Origin: an uncultured virus (IMG/VR IMGVR_UViG_3300029305_009261)
Lineage: Duplodnaviria; Heunggongvirae; Uroviricota; Caudoviricetes
Strand: one strand, 5' to 3'
IMG/VR virus record: IMGVR_UViG_3300029305_009261
Length of the DNA stretch: 64,000 nt
Below the pieces are notes generated by a model. That model searched no databases. It was given only the letters and a program-made list of their open reading frames with translations, and had not been told where the DNA came from. Positions 49,995 through 60,349 of the stretch are shown in pieces. Within the stretch, counting starts at the first letter, position 1. Each line of letters starts with the position of its first letter. Made by a program: the position numbers and the translations under genes.

Positions 49995-50846
49995 TTACAT
50001 ATGGATAGCTTCTGATGGTTTTTGCATTTTAGAAAAATATAAATCCGGTTCTCGCACAAAATCATATCCTGAGATAACAGGAACTGATTCAAAAGCCTCT
50101 TCCGGCTTTGTCATACGCCATTGTAAATAACCATCACATAATGGTCTTACATGAATATAATTCATATGTGGCTGAGCCATTCCATAGCCAACAACGTTTT
50201 CATCAGCAAGCCAACAATACCCTTTTTCACTTAATAGTTCTAACACTTGTTGTTTTTGCTGGTCATAAGCGATTTCAATATAAAAGCCTTTTTTAGCAGC
50301 TTTATAGCTATCTAATAATGCTGAAAGTTCAGAATATCTCATGTCGGAAGATTCGCCGTAAAAAGGATTAGAATAGTCGATTCCTGAAAATTCCTCTTCA
50401 TCAAAAGATTTGATTTCAGCAATCATTTTTTCTGTAGCTTCATATAAGGAATTGTCTTTTGTTAGCTCATTTTCCGGAATTTGAAATAGCTCTACGAATT
50501 TCTTTGTAATGGAGCCATAATAGTTGTCAGAAGTATCTATGGTATAAATACTTTCGGCAATGTCAACTAATGTAGGGTCATCATAATCAGTTGTATACTC
50601 TGACAACAAAAATCCTTTTACCTCATTAAGAGATGAGAGTTCTGCAATATAAGTTGCAGACGAGTTACTTCCTCCTATTGGGCAGCCAATATCTATCCAT
50701 TTGGTTTTGTTTTCATCAAATTCGTGGTTATCAAAGCCCTCGCTAAATGATTTCCAGCTTTCCGGAGTAAAAATCCAACGATATAAATGGCCATGATTTG
50801 ATTGTTCTACTCCATAAACAGGAAAAGTTGGTTGAAATGGTTGCAT
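49995..50846 (-). CDS. Hypothetical protein (tail EAIHM)
   Basis: 283 aa ORF. Confidence 0.7.
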   Translation of the reverse strand: MQPFQPTFPVYGVEQSNHGHLYRWIFTPESWKSFSEGFDNHEFDENKTKWIDIGCPIGGSNSSATYIAELSSLNEVKGFLLSEYTTDYDDPTLVDIAESIYTIDTSDNYYGSITKKFVELFQIPENELTKDNSLYEATEKMIAEIKSFDEEEFSGIDYSNPFYGESSDMRYSELSALLDSYKAAKKGFYIEIAYDQQKQQVLELLSEKGYCWLADENVVGYGMAQPHMNYIHVRPLCDGYLQWRMTKPEEAFESVPVISGYDFVREPDLYFSKMQKPSEAIHM

Positions 50847-50895
50847 AATAAAAATCCTTTATAGAAAATGCTTGTTTTTACAATAATTTTAGGAA

Positions 50896-52731
50896 TTATC
50901 TTGCTAATTGGTTGTGAACTTGTTGAGTATATTCTTCCATATTTTTTACATATTCATTACATAAATGATTATAAACACCTACGCAATATGGAAGTTTTTC
51001 TTGTTTGATTATTTGAAAAATCCGTTCTTTATCTTCATCAGAAAGCTCATAATCTTGAATGATATAAGTTTCCTTTTTTGCAGAAGTCAAATGAATGAAT
51101 GCTCTTTGTGGTTTTGTTTTTTCGTAATAACCTTTTAGTGTGTTTTGAGTGGATTTAGATACTCCATCGAAACCATTCAACAGGAACTTCCAAAAATTAT
51201 CTTGGTTATATATATGAAATTTTTTACAAAACTCATAATAAGGTGGATAATACCGATTTTCACGGATATAAGTAACAACATTTTCTTGAAAAGAAATAAA
51301 TTTTGCATATTGTTGTTTCTGATAAACACCTTGTTTTTCTGAATATTTTTGATACAAATCAGGATATACATGTTGTATATACCACTTTCCCTTTTTTATA
51401 GAATCAAAGTGTTCTGGATAATTTTCTTTCACAAATTTTGAAAGATAATGAGTACTGCTTTCCAGATATTCAGAAAAGATATTTGTCCAAATATCATATT
51501 TCTCTTCAACTAAAGACGCTTCTAAGAGCGATTGTTTTTCTATAGCTTTCCGCTCTTCTAATTCTGATAACAAAATTTGTTCTGCAGATTCTATTTTTTG
51601 AATATAATCAAGAACAATATCAGTAAGCTTGTTTACATTTAGAAATGGATAATTATATCTTTCTACAATATACGAAAAGCTTTCACAAACAGATTTTGTT
51701 CTGTTACGAAGTTTTTGTCTAGAACAATCTTTTAATTCTGTACGTAAAATATCTACGATAGGTATATCTGGGTTTGACAGAATTTTATATGGTAACGCTG
51801 TTTTATCTGCGAATAATTTTAAAACTTCATGTTCATTTAAGTCTGGATTTTTCCATACAGTAAAAGCGTCTTTGTATATATTTGTTTGTGGGTGAAAGTA
51901 ACCAGTATAATCGATACAAATTTCTGGATTTTCCTTCTGAAGATACAACCATTCATCAAAAATCTTTCTGTTTTTAAAACTTACTGTAGTTTTTTCAAAA
52001 GAATCTCTTAATACTGGGTTCAAACACAATTCAACATAAAGTTGGAATATTTCATTCGTGGAAAAATTTAAACACTTTTTATTAAAATAAGAAGAATATT
52101 CTTCAGGAAAGCTATCTCTTATTTTATTGTAAAGTTTTATATTTTTCGAAATACGGTCTTTAAAGATACGAGATTGTTCTTCCGGAGAAAGAGACATATC
52201 CACGTTTGCAATTTCTAGAAATTGTTTCAATAAGTCAGTATTTGAAAATATTCCACGAGGGAGAAGAGGTTCATAACTTGCATTACTAATTTTATTTATT
52301 TTCTTTTGAAACTCCTCATCTCCTTGGTGTGCAGATAAAAGATTGATTTCACGAAGGGAAAATTGATTATGTAATTTGTTCGCTAAAAGATGAATGTCTT
52401 CTACCGAGTACCTGTTTATTTCACTAATCAAGTTACGTCTAATGCGAACTTCGTTTCTTAATTCTGCATTGTTTATAAGAGCCCAAATGTGTTGTCTTTT
52501 TGGAGATGTAGCAACTACTTGTTTTATTTTATTAAGAGTTGTATTAAAATCTAATGTTGTATCAGACAAAATAGCTATAACTGTAGCTTGAAATTGAAAG
52601 GTTTGTCCATAAACATGAGGTTGGTTAAAACTCCCCTCTTGAACAATAGGAGTGAAAAGTTTTTTCAACTGTCGTTCTATTTTATTTAATTCTTTGAATA
52701 GTGCCAAATCATCATGAAGTTGTTGATTCAT
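50896..52731 (-). CDS. Large helical hypothetical protein (tail NQLAR)
   Basis: 611 aa ORF. Confidence 0.75.
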   Translation of the reverse strand: MNQQLHDDLALFKELNKIERQLKKLFTPIVQEGSFNQPHVYGQTFQFQATVIAILSDTTLDFNTTLNKIKQVVATSPKRQHIWALINNAELRNEVRIRRNLISEINRYSVEDIHLLANKLHNQFSLREINLLSAHQGDEEFQKKINKISNASYEPLLPRGIFSNTDLLKQFLEIANVDMSLSPEEQSRIFKDRISKNIKLYNKIRDSFPEEYSSYFNKKCLNFSTNEIFQLYVELCLNPVLRDSFEKTTVSFKNRKIFDEWLYLQKENPEICIDYTGYFHPQTNIYKDAFTVWKNPDLNEHEVLKLFADKTALPYKILSNPDIPIVDILRTELKDCSRQKLRNRTKSVCESFSYIVERYNYPFLNVNKLTDIVLDYIQKIESAEQILLSELEERKAIEKQSLLEASLVEEKYDIWTNIFSEYLESSTHYLSKFVKENYPEHFDSIKKGKWYIQHVYPDLYQKYSEKQGVYQKQQYAKFISFQENVVTYIRENRYYPPYYEFCKKFHIYNQDNFWKFLLNGFDGVSKSTQNTLKGYYEKTKPQRAFIHLTSAKKETYIIQDYELSDEDKERIFQIIKQEKLPYCVGVYNHLCNEYVKNMEEYTQQVHNQLAR

Positions 52732-52769
52732 AGTTTAGAATTTCGTTTCGTAAATCCATAATTTAATAG

Positions 52770-53282
52770 TTACATAGTGATTGTATTTTTATTGGAAAGA
52801 TTATATTTTTCCTGTAACCATTCAGCGCCTTTGGAATGCTGGTTAAAATATTGAATCATAGCCCGTTTAGGAATTCCTTTAACCCAGCCACCAAAAGTTT
52901 TAGCTACACAGTCTTTATCATCAAAAGAAATTTGTAAAAATTCTTGATAAGCTTTTTCTATCCGAAGGTCTTTATAAAAAATTTCTAACTCTTCGTCAGA
53001 TAAGGAATCAAAAGATTCTATAGGGGTCTCTGGATATTCTTTTAGGATATAGTAATAATTAGACATTCTTTCTTTAGAGAAAGTTGGATTTGCGTAATAT
53101 TTCACTGGAAGTCCTTCTGCTAATCCCATACGAATCCATCCCATTTGGCTTGAAGATAACTTTGGGTCTAAATAATAAGAAATATCCAAGCCAGCTTTTA
53201 TTCCATATTGAAGTTCTTTGATTTGCTCTAAATCATAATCTCTCAAAAAGGAATGAAGATATTGGATAAAAGAAGACGACAT
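52770..53282 (-). CDS. Protein with Q..EI..G...GLD...Y..P repeats (tail NTITM)
   Basis: EQIKELQYGIKAGLDISYYLDP / SQMGWIRMGLAEGLPVKYYANP. Confidence 0.7.
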   Translation of the reverse strand: MSSSFIQYLHSFLRDYDLEQIKELQYGIKAGLDISYYLDPKLSSSQMGWIRMGLAEGLPVKYYANPTFSKERMSNYYYILKEYPETPIESFDSLSDEELEIFYKDLRIEKAYQEFLQISFDDKDCVAKTFGGWVKGIPKRAMIQYFNQHSKGAEWLQEKYNLSNKNTITM

Positions 53283-53293
53283 AAAGTATCACC

Positions 53294-53908
53294 TTATCTA
53301 GTAATTACTTGTGTTTGAATTTCAGCCTCTTGAGCTTTGAGAGCATTTCTATTTAACGTTTGTAAGATTAAATAAGCACTCTCTTCTTTTGGAAAAATCA
53401 CAGGATTTCCTTTTTGACGGAATAGTTCTCCGGTTTTTAAATCTTCAATGGCCCAAACAATTGTTGGTTTTCCAAGAGTCGGATTGACCTTTTGAAGAGG
53501 TTTCATTACATAACGTTTGAAGCTATTTTTTGGTGAATAATACTCTCCACAAGGAGTATTTTCGGTAAGTTCATAAAAAGAAAGTTGTGTTCGTTCTTCT
53601 AATAGATAGCTTAAAGTATCCGTAGCTTTAGCTTCTGAAACAGGAAGAGAAGGATGCTCTTCTACTTCTGGAAATAAACCACCTAAATGAGTGATTTTTA
53701 AATTTTCTTGATTTCGTTTCATCAATTCAGATAATAAGATGTCAGAATTGGACATATCATAAGGGGTCCATAAATTATCAGCTAGTCCAATCATATTTGG
53801 AGTTTTTTGAAAATATCCGGAGAAGTGGACAAAACGTTCTCCGTCTTCTTCATATATTTCAAATAAAATATTTTTCTCATGTTTTGATAGTAAAGAATCA
53901 TTTGTCAT
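53294..53908 (-). CDS. Hypothetical protein (tail QVITR)
   Basis: 204 aa ORF. Confidence 0.7.
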   Translation of the reverse strand: MTNDSLLSKHEKNILFEIYEEDGERFVHFSGYFQKTPNMIGLADNLWTPYDMSNSDILLSELMKRNQENLKITHLGGLFPEVEEHPSLPVSEAKATDTLSYLLEERTQLSFYELTENTPCGEYYSPKNSFKRYVMKPLQKVNPTLGKPTIVWAIEDLKTGELFRQKGNPVIFPKEESAYLILQTLNRNALKAQEAEIQTQVITR

Positions 53909-53943
53909 ATATTTTATCCATTATTTTGAAAATACCAATATTT

Positions 53944-54420
53944 TTAATAGTGAATACTGGAAGCCATAGATGGGTTTTCCATATTGTCAAAAAGAGAGAG
54001 TTCTACATCAACGTTTTCTTTTGGAATCAAATTACATTGTCCTATAAGAGCTTCAATTTCATGTGAAGCATCTTCTATATACTCATCTCGTTCTACTGGG
54101 TCCCAATGAGAAGTAAAATATCCTCTAAAAATGACTCTGCCTGTAGGGAGATATCCATTTGAAGCTTCTATTGAGAAAGGGGTTCCAACGAATTTAACTG
54201 CTAAATCTTCTGTTAAATCTTTTTCAATTGAGCCATAAATAAATCGTGCAGAACCATAACTAATTTTTCCAGTATCTTTATGTTTAAATTCGAAATTATA
54301 TCCTCGTAAATAGCCATCAACATAGCCATAATCAGTCATAATGTTTTGAGACGACCAATCAAGACCTGCTTCTTCTATGGTAATAAAGGTATATTTTGTT
54401 GGAAATTCAGTAGCAATCAT
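53944..54420 (-). CDS. Hypothetical protein
   Basis: 158 aa ORF. Confidence 0.7.
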   Translation of the reverse strand: MIATEFPTKYTFITIEEAGLDWSSQNIMTDYGYVDGYLRGYNFEFKHKDTGKISYGSARFIYGSIEKDLTEDLAVKFVGTPFSIEASNGYLPTGRVIFRGYFTSHWDPVERDEYIEDASHEIEALIGQCNLIPKENVDVELSLFDNMENPSMASSIHY

Positions 54421-54471
54421 ATATAATCCTTTGTTTTGGAAACTCTTAGGTTAATTTGGTGAAGTTATTTA

Positions 54472-55020
54472 TCATAACGATATGGAAACATTAAAACTGG
54501 TTTGCTCTTCAGCCTCATCAAAAGCATCAAGATGAAACTGCATTAGTTCACTAATCGTTTTTGTGGAAAAATAATGCATAATATCATGTAAAACTTGTTC
54601 TGGTCTTGTTCCAATCGGATATTGTTTAGAATAAACTGTGTCAGCACCAAGTTTGTCATAATCTACAATAACTTCACCTTTAAAACGTTGGATATAAGAA
54701 GACAAAACTTCTTGCTGTGTTTCTGTAGGAGGAACTGCAAGGTTGATACCACCAATTTCTGGCATCAATCGAATATTTCCATTGGCAATCATATTGACCA
54801 TTTCATCAATACCGTTTCGATTTGGATTTTCCCAAACATCCCAAACGTCTCGATGGTCAACGGTTCGGGTTCCATCTGAAAAACAGCCCCAATGCTTCCC
54901 AGAAAAATCTAACATAGTTCCGTCTTTTAAGAGATATCCAGCTACCTTACAATTATTTGTAATTCCAAAATGTTTTTTTAATAAGTCGTCATCATGTTTT
55001 GTTAAAGATATAAGCTCCAT
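54472..55020 (-). CDS. Hypothetical protein, polyvalent-protein-like domain (tail VSISL)
   Basis: AGYLLKDGTMLDFSG...DHRDV...GNIRL. Confidence 0.7.
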   Translation of the reverse strand: MELISLTKHDDDLLKKHFGITNNCKVAGYLLKDGTMLDFSGKHWGCFSDGTRTVDHRDVWDVWENPNRNGIDEMVNMIANGNIRLMPEIGGINLAVPPTETQQEVLSSYIQRFKGEVIVDYDKLGADTVYSKQYPIGTRPEQVLHDIMHYFSTKTISELMQFHLDAFDEAEEQTSFNVSISL

Positions 55021-55051
55021 AAAAAAGCTTTCTTCTTTGGAAATTCATTTA

Positions 55052-55879
55052 TTATCGAGAAATTGACGGATGAACGTAAGGGTGAGTGGAGATTATTCTG
55101 CAATATTCTTCAAATTCTGATTCACTGCACATACCGCCACCAGTACAAAATTCATATCCGGTCTCACTATCTTGAAGAATTACGTCACAATCATAGTAAG
55201 TATCTGCTTCGTCTTCGTTTTCTTCGACATCCCAATCTTCTTGGTATCCATCAGGTTCAGACTCTTTCCATCTTGCGGAATATCCATTATACTCTTCTCC
55301 ATTTTTCATAACGGAAAACCAATGGTAATCCCAACCTACATCAGCATAAACAACAGAATTTGGCAAATGTTTGGAAAAGAAACTTGCAATACTATCTGGG
55401 TCTTCTCTATAGGCAGTAAAAGTTACGACACCATCCTTTTCAAACCCATTATTAAAGCAGGATTCAAAATTGTGATAATTAGATAGAGGTGCATATTTTT
55501 TAGCGACTTCTACAACTTGTTCTAACGTGGTGTTTGTAATTGCTGCTGAAACATATTCGTGGCTCCAACCATCACGTTCTTTTTGAAATAACTCCATATA
55601 GTCTGTGTTATCTTCATAAGAAATGTTTAGTCCTCTGCTTGTCCAGAGTCGTAAATTGGACACTAATACAGGAACAGAAATAATACCTTCTGGTATATTA
55701 CAAGTTCTCTCCGTAACTTTTAACGTATCTGTATGGTCTGGGAACTCTACCGTGATGGTTTTATCTACCTTACTGAGAAGTTCAAGAGCTTCCTTTCCTG
55801 CTTTCGTTTTTGGAAGCTTGCTGTTATGATATTCTTGACAATAAAATTTTTGCCAACGATTTAAATCACTATAATTCAT
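55052..55879 (-). CDS. Hypothetical protein (tail PSISR)
   Basis: 275 aa ORF. Confidence 0.7.
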   Translation of the reverse strand: MNYSDLNRWQKFYCQEYHNSKLPKTKAGKEALELLSKVDKTITVEFPDHTDTLKVTERTCNIPEGIISVPVLVSNLRLWTSRGLNISYEDNTDYMELFQKERDGWSHEYVSAAITNTTLEQVVEVAKKYAPLSNYHNFESCFNNGFEKDGVVTFTAYREDPDSIASFFSKHLPNSVVYADVGWDYHWFSVMKNGEEYNGYSARWKESEPDGYQEDWDVEENEDEADTYYDCDVILQDSETGYEFCTGGGMCSESEFEEYCRIISTHPYVHPSISR

Positions 55880-55926
55880 AAGTTTTCCTTTTGTTTGGAG
55901 TTTCTTGAGATTCTGTTGTTTATCAA

Positions 55927-56355
55927 TTAACCATTCATTCGTAACTGCTGTGTTTGTAATGTTTGGTTATAGGAGTCAATAATATCTTGAGAAATATGAT
56001 AAGTATATCCTTCTCTGGCAAAATACACTTCTTTTAAAGAAATTGCATTGATTTCTGGGTCAGTGTGCTCTCCTGTATATACAAAAAACTCTTCGATTTC
56101 TGTCACAATTGGAAATGGAAGATGTTCGTCTTCTAAAACTGCAGATTCTGGAGAGAAGTCAGTATCTAAAGTGTCACAAGATATATGAATAATAGTTGGG
56201 TCATTTTCATCTACAGACCATCCAGAGTAAGAAAAATCAAATTCAATTGATTTTCCACCAAAACAAAAACAGTAGCCTCCGGGAGTAATATAATGAATTT
56301 CTTCATCAGCAGGTCTATCCATTTGAATAGTTGCATATAATTCAACTTTGCTCAT
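55927..56355 (-). CDS. Hypothetical protein, paralog of 61688
   Basis: YITPGGY...FDF...ENDP...IEEFFV. Confidence 0.7.
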   Translation of the reverse strand: MSKVELYATIQMDRPADEEIHYITPGGYCFCFGGKSIEFDFSYSGWSVDENDPTIIHISCDTLDTDFSPESAVLEDEHLPFPIVTEIEEFFVYTGEHTDPEINAISLKEVYFAREGYTYHISQDIIDSYNQTLQTQQLRMNG

Positions 56356-56386
56356 AATAATTTCCTCTATTATGTTGAAAATACTT

Positions 56387-56743
56387 TTAATACAATGTCG
56401 GGGCGTCTATAGATGACATCCGTTCTTCTTCTGATTCACAATATAAGCCAAGGTTTTCTATTTCTGCTAACAAATCTTCTTCAGAAAGAGATGTTTTTAT
56501 CTTGGCATAAAACACCATGTCATAATCATCAAACCATGCTTCATCAGAATCTGAGTCAATATTATCAAAATCTTCTTCATCAATTTCTTTACCATAAGCA
56601 TTTCTACAGGCTCGTTGAGACTCTTCAACTCCAATAATAATAACGTCAAATAACTTACTTTTTAAAAGAACTGTATGAATATAATTTTGAGCCATGGATT
56701 CATTGTCTGAAGTATAAGAAATATAAACTGTATATTCATTCAT
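56387..56743 (-). CDS. Acidic hypothetical protein (tail APTLY)
   Basis: 118 aa ORF. Confidence 0.7.
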   Translation of the reverse strand: MNEYTVYISYTSDNESMAQNYIHTVLLKSKLFDVIIIGVEESQRACRNAYGKEIDEEDFDNIDSDSDEAWFDDYDMVFYAKIKTSLSEEDLLAEIENLGLYCESEEERMSSIDAPTLY

Positions 56744-56778
56744 ATTTAATAACTTCCTTTTTTAGAAAATACTTTTTT

Positions 56779-57066
56779 TTAAAAATACATCATAGTTCCC
56801 ATTTTTTCAGTTGCTTGTTCTTTTCTAAAACGGTCTGCTTCAAAATCTAGACATTCTCTTCGACTTTTAGAACTAAGACGTTCTAAGCGTTCAAAAGCTC
56901 TTTCGGCGATAATTTGTGCATCATTTTCAGAGAATTCTAAATCCCATAGGAGTACTTCATTTTTCATTTTAAAAATTAGATATTCTTTATATGCTGCTGC
57001 CAATTCGTTTGTTGATAATTCAAATTCTTCTGTTTTGTTTTTATTAGTTTGTCGTGTAATAATCAT
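56779..57066 (-). CDS. Hypothetical protein
   Basis: N-terminus similar to 61037. Confidence 0.65.
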   Translation of the reverse strand: MIITRQTNKNKTEEFELSTNELAAAYKEYLIFKMKNEVLLWDLEFSENDAQIIAERAFERLERLSSKSRRECLDFEADRFRKEQATEKMGTMMYF

Positions 57067-57078
57067 AAATACCTCTTT

Positions 57079-57546
57079 TTATCTGGAAAATGCTTGAAAG
57101 AAAGCATCGTTTTCTATAGGAGATTCTTGAAGAAAATCTTGTTCTGTAACAGGAACTAATGCTTTAATTCGGTCAATTTCTTTAGATGCATCAAAAAACG
57201 CTGCTAAATATGCCTGTTCCGCTTGTTTAAATTTATTACGACGAGCTTCAACACGATATTTTTGATAAGAGTATTCTTTTAAATACTCTTCCCCAAATTT
57301 TTGATACATAAAGCAAAGCAAATTATCATTGTTGACAATTTGGTGCCGAAAATTTAAAGGAGTTATACTGGAATCTGTTAAAAAATATTGGATTGTAAGT
57401 TCTGGTTTGATGTAAAGATATAAATCCGAACCAACAAGAGTAATATTGGATATATCAGAAACGGATAACCCATCACTTAAAGAAATACACTGTACTACTA
57501 ATTCTTTTAGTTCGGAAGAAGATAATTGAGAAATATATTGGTTCAT
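57079..57546 (-). CDS. Hypothetical protein, family A (tail QAFSR)
   Basis: MNQYISQLS...FMYQKFGEEYL. Confidence 0.7.
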   Translation of the reverse strand: MNQYISQLSSSELKELVVQCISLSDGLSVSDISNITLVGSDLYLYIKPELTIQYFLTDSSITPLNFRHQIVNNDNLLCFMYQKFGEEYLKEYSYQKYRVEARRNKFKQAEQAYLAAFFDASKEIDRIKALVPVTEQDFLQESPIENDAFFQAFSR

Positions 57547-57603
57547 TTTATGTACTCTATGATTTGAAAATGCAGTTTGGAAAAGGAGAACCACTCCGGA
57601 AAT

Positions 57604-59403
57604 TTATTCCGGAGTTGTAAGTTCTGTAACGTTGTCTACTGGTTCTTCTTCGGTTGATTCTGTATCAACTAGAGACAAAGAAGGAATATCTATTGCTTCT
57701 TCTTTATCTAAGAAAAAATACTGGTTTAATACTTTTTCGAACAATTCTTCGAGGCCTTGGAGATACTCTTCTTCCCATACCTCAGAAGTTGCATTAGCTA
57801 CAGGTATAGTAAATTGATGAACCGGACGTTCTTCTCCATGAATTTCTAAAGTGAAAAATAATTCTAAATCCTGTATCATGGTGAAACCAATATCAAGAAA
57901 ACCGTCTTTATAAGAAAATGTTGTAGTCATAGAAGAGTTTTCTTCTTGATACACGAAATCTCCTACGAAGCCATCTTTCATGTCTATAGTCAACACATAA
58001 GAGGTTACATCATCTGGCTCATAATATATAGTATAAATATCATTTTTGACAGAATAAGAAAGCTCTATTGCTATATCTTCTAGAGTTTCATTATGTAAAC
58101 GAATTACTCCAGAATAACCTTTTGTAAAATCTTTTTTTGTAAAGGTGATAAAATAATAAGTAGCTATTTCTGGTTCTGGAACAATTTCATTGCCTTCTTC
58201 ATCAAAAAGAACATCAAAAGTTGGGTCTGGTATTTCTAAAACATCCAAGAATAAAGCTCCACCTTTTGCAGTCTTAACAAAGTAAAGAGCATCTTCATCA
58301 GCCAAGGAAGACGAAATCTTGAAGGCAAAAGAATCTTTTGGGCCTTTAATGTAGGAAAAATAATAAGTACCTAAATCTTCTTCCGTCTCATCTGAACCTT
58401 CTTCCGCAGGAGGTTCTGTAGGGATTACAGAGACTGTTGGAATGGTAGAAATCTGAGGAGTTTCTAATGAAGTTTCTGTGGAGTCTGTATTTTCTTCTTC
58501 TGGAACAGATGTTGGTTCTGTAGGAAGAACAGTGACACCGTCTGCGGGGATAATTGTACCAGTGCCATAAGGCGTTTCAAACTCTATAATGTTCTCTTTG
58601 TTTTCCTGAGTTTCAAAAATAGGTGTTGGCGTAGGAACTGTCGGCAAATCTTCTAAATTTTTGTACGGATTTAATTCCGTAAACAGGTCAAAACCTAATT
58701 CATTTTTTAATTCTTCAGCTAATACATTAGCATCAATAGATAGGCAATATTCAGTGCCGGAAACAGAATAGTCTTCATTGCCAATCGTTGAACTAATTTT
58801 AATATCTGGAGAAGCTTTGATGTTATCTATCACGACATCCATAAACTTATTCCATTTTGTCATCAAGTCTTTATTTGAAGATACAGAATCAATAAATTCT
58901 TGAATGGATTCTTCATAAGTAAAAATCTCTCCAAAAGGAAATGCCACAATTTTGTCTGGGACAAGAGAAGTTTGTACAATTGCTTGTTTATTTGCTAAAT
59001 CATTATATACTTCTCCAGAGGCTAAGAAACTATCGTTAATGGAACATTCTGCTTTTTCTCTAGACACAGATTCTGTATTATCAGATTCTAAAAGAAAGAG
59101 AAAAGAAGACATGTCTGTATTTAAGAACTCTTTAAGCTCTTCACTTAATGTAAAAGCAATATTAAAATCATAGCCACCAAAAGTCTCTAGTTTTTTCTGA
59201 GATTTCTGCAATGTTTTATCATTGATTTCCGTTATTTGAGATAAAACATGTTCTGCATCATTTATAATCATTGGTGTCGGAGTTGGAGTTGGGGTCAAAC
59301 TTGGAGTTGGAGTAGGTGGAGCTGCTTCAGTTTTATTTCCACAACCAGTAACAGAAAATAAAAATCCTATAAAACAAAACAAATAAATAAATTTTCTTTT
59401 CAT
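57604..59403 (-). CDS. Acidic lipoprotein with Pro/Thr repeats
   Basis: Lipobox SVTGC, PTPTP linkers. Confidence 0.85.
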   Translation of the reverse strand: MKRKFIYLFCFIGFLFSVTGCGNKTEAAPPTPTPSLTPTPTPTPMIINDAEHVLSQITEINDKTLQKSQKKLETFGGYDFNIAFTLSEELKEFLNTDMSSFLFLLESDNTESVSREKAECSINDSFLASGEVYNDLANKQAIVQTSLVPDKIVAFPFGEIFTYEESIQEFIDSVSSNKDLMTKWNKFMDVVIDNIKASPDIKISSTIGNEDYSVSGTEYCLSIDANVLAEELKNELGFDLFTELNPYKNLEDLPTVPTPTPIFETQENKENIIEFETPYGTGTIIPADGVTVLPTEPTSVPEEENTDSTETSLETPQISTIPTVSVIPTEPPAEEGSDETEEDLGTYYFSYIKGPKDSFAFKISSSLADEDALYFVKTAKGGALFLDVLEIPDPTFDVLFDEEGNEIVPEPEIATYYFITFTKKDFTKGYSGVIRLHNETLEDIAIELSYSVKNDIYTIYYEPDDVTSYVLTIDMKDGFVGDFVYQEENSSMTTTFSYKDGFLDIGFTMIQDLELFFTLEIHGEERPVHQFTIPVANATSEVWEEEYLQGLEELFEKVLNQYFFLDKEEAIDIPSLSLVDTESTEEEPVDNVTELTTPE

Positions 59404-59415
59404 TTGAAAAGCCTC

Positions 59416-59790
59416 CTATCTTCGTATTTGCATAAGAATAGATATATACTCTTCTATTGGGCATCCATGTTCTAAGAGACAATGTTCGTTCATTTTGGAG
59501 AACAAAAAGTCTTTTTCGTTTGGAGTTAAGTCCCATTCTTTTGAATCAATAAAAACTTCAAAATCATTTGGAGATTCTGCCAAAATTGTATATTCTGCTG
59601 AGATAGAACCATCAAAATAATATTTTGTTTCAAACTGAACATATTCATTTGGGGATAATAGCAATCCAAAGTATTGTTCTATATTTAAAGTACTTTCCCA
59701 AAGAACAGAAATATACTCCGGAAAAATTTCAAATTCATCACAACAATGGATATCAGAAGCCATTAGATACGATTCTCTTTTTTTATTCAT
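59416..59790 (-). CDS. Hypothetical protein (tail MQIRR)
   Basis: Paralog of the 47807 C-half. Confidence 0.7.
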   Translation of the reverse strand: MNKKRESYLMASDIHCCDEFEIFPEYISVLWESTLNIEQYFGLLLSPNEYVQFETKYYFDGSISAEYTILAESPNDFEVFIDSKEWDLTPNEKDFLFSKMNEHCLLEHGCPIEEYISILMQIRR

Positions 59791-59814
59791 AATTGTCTCT
59801 CTGTTCGAAAATTC

Positions 59815-60321
59815 TTAAAAACGCATCATAGAATGTTCATTATTTAGGATATATTCCTCAATTTCACGAGCTGCTAACATTTCTTTTGTCATTTCTCCTC
59901 GTGGTTTTGTACTATAGTCAATGCGTTGTTTGTCTGTTGTAAAAATTTCTGGATGGAGGTCTCGGAACCACTTTCTAAATTCTACAGCATTCATATATCC
60001 TAACTTAGGGACCATATGTAATCCTGTTTTTTCTAAGAGATATTGAAAATGTCTTAATTCGTGTTCACCTCTTAAAGAATTATCTATCTGCCATTTTCCA
60101 TTTTTCTTAATGCAAACATCATAGTCTAAATAACGAATTAAAAGTTTTTCAGAAATATGAAAATTTCCCTTAGAATCTATTTCTAATGTTAAAGAATCTG
60201 GAATACAAATTCGAAATGCTTCTAAACATCTTTCTGGGATTTGCTCTGATTTATATAGGGAGTATTTATCAATCGAGTGTTCCGGGCTTGCCGTAGGTGT
60301 AATAATATATAATTCTTGCAT
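59815..60321 (-). CDS. Hypothetical protein
   Basis: 168 aa ORF. Confidence 0.7.
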   Translation of the reverse strand: MQELYIITPTASPEHSIDKYSLYKSEQIPERCLEAFRICIPDSLTLEIDSKGNFHISEKLLIRYLDYDVCIKKNGKWQIDNSLRGEHELRHFQYLLEKTGLHMVPKLGYMNAVEFRKWFRDLHPEIFTTDKQRIDYSTKPRGEMTKEMLAAREIEEYILNNEHSMMRF

Positions 60322-60349
60322 ATTGTTATCCTTTCAAAATAAATCTCAC

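Noticed and set aside
59270..59320. ggagtt tandem repeats
   Set aside because: They encode the PTPTP linker of the lipoprotein.
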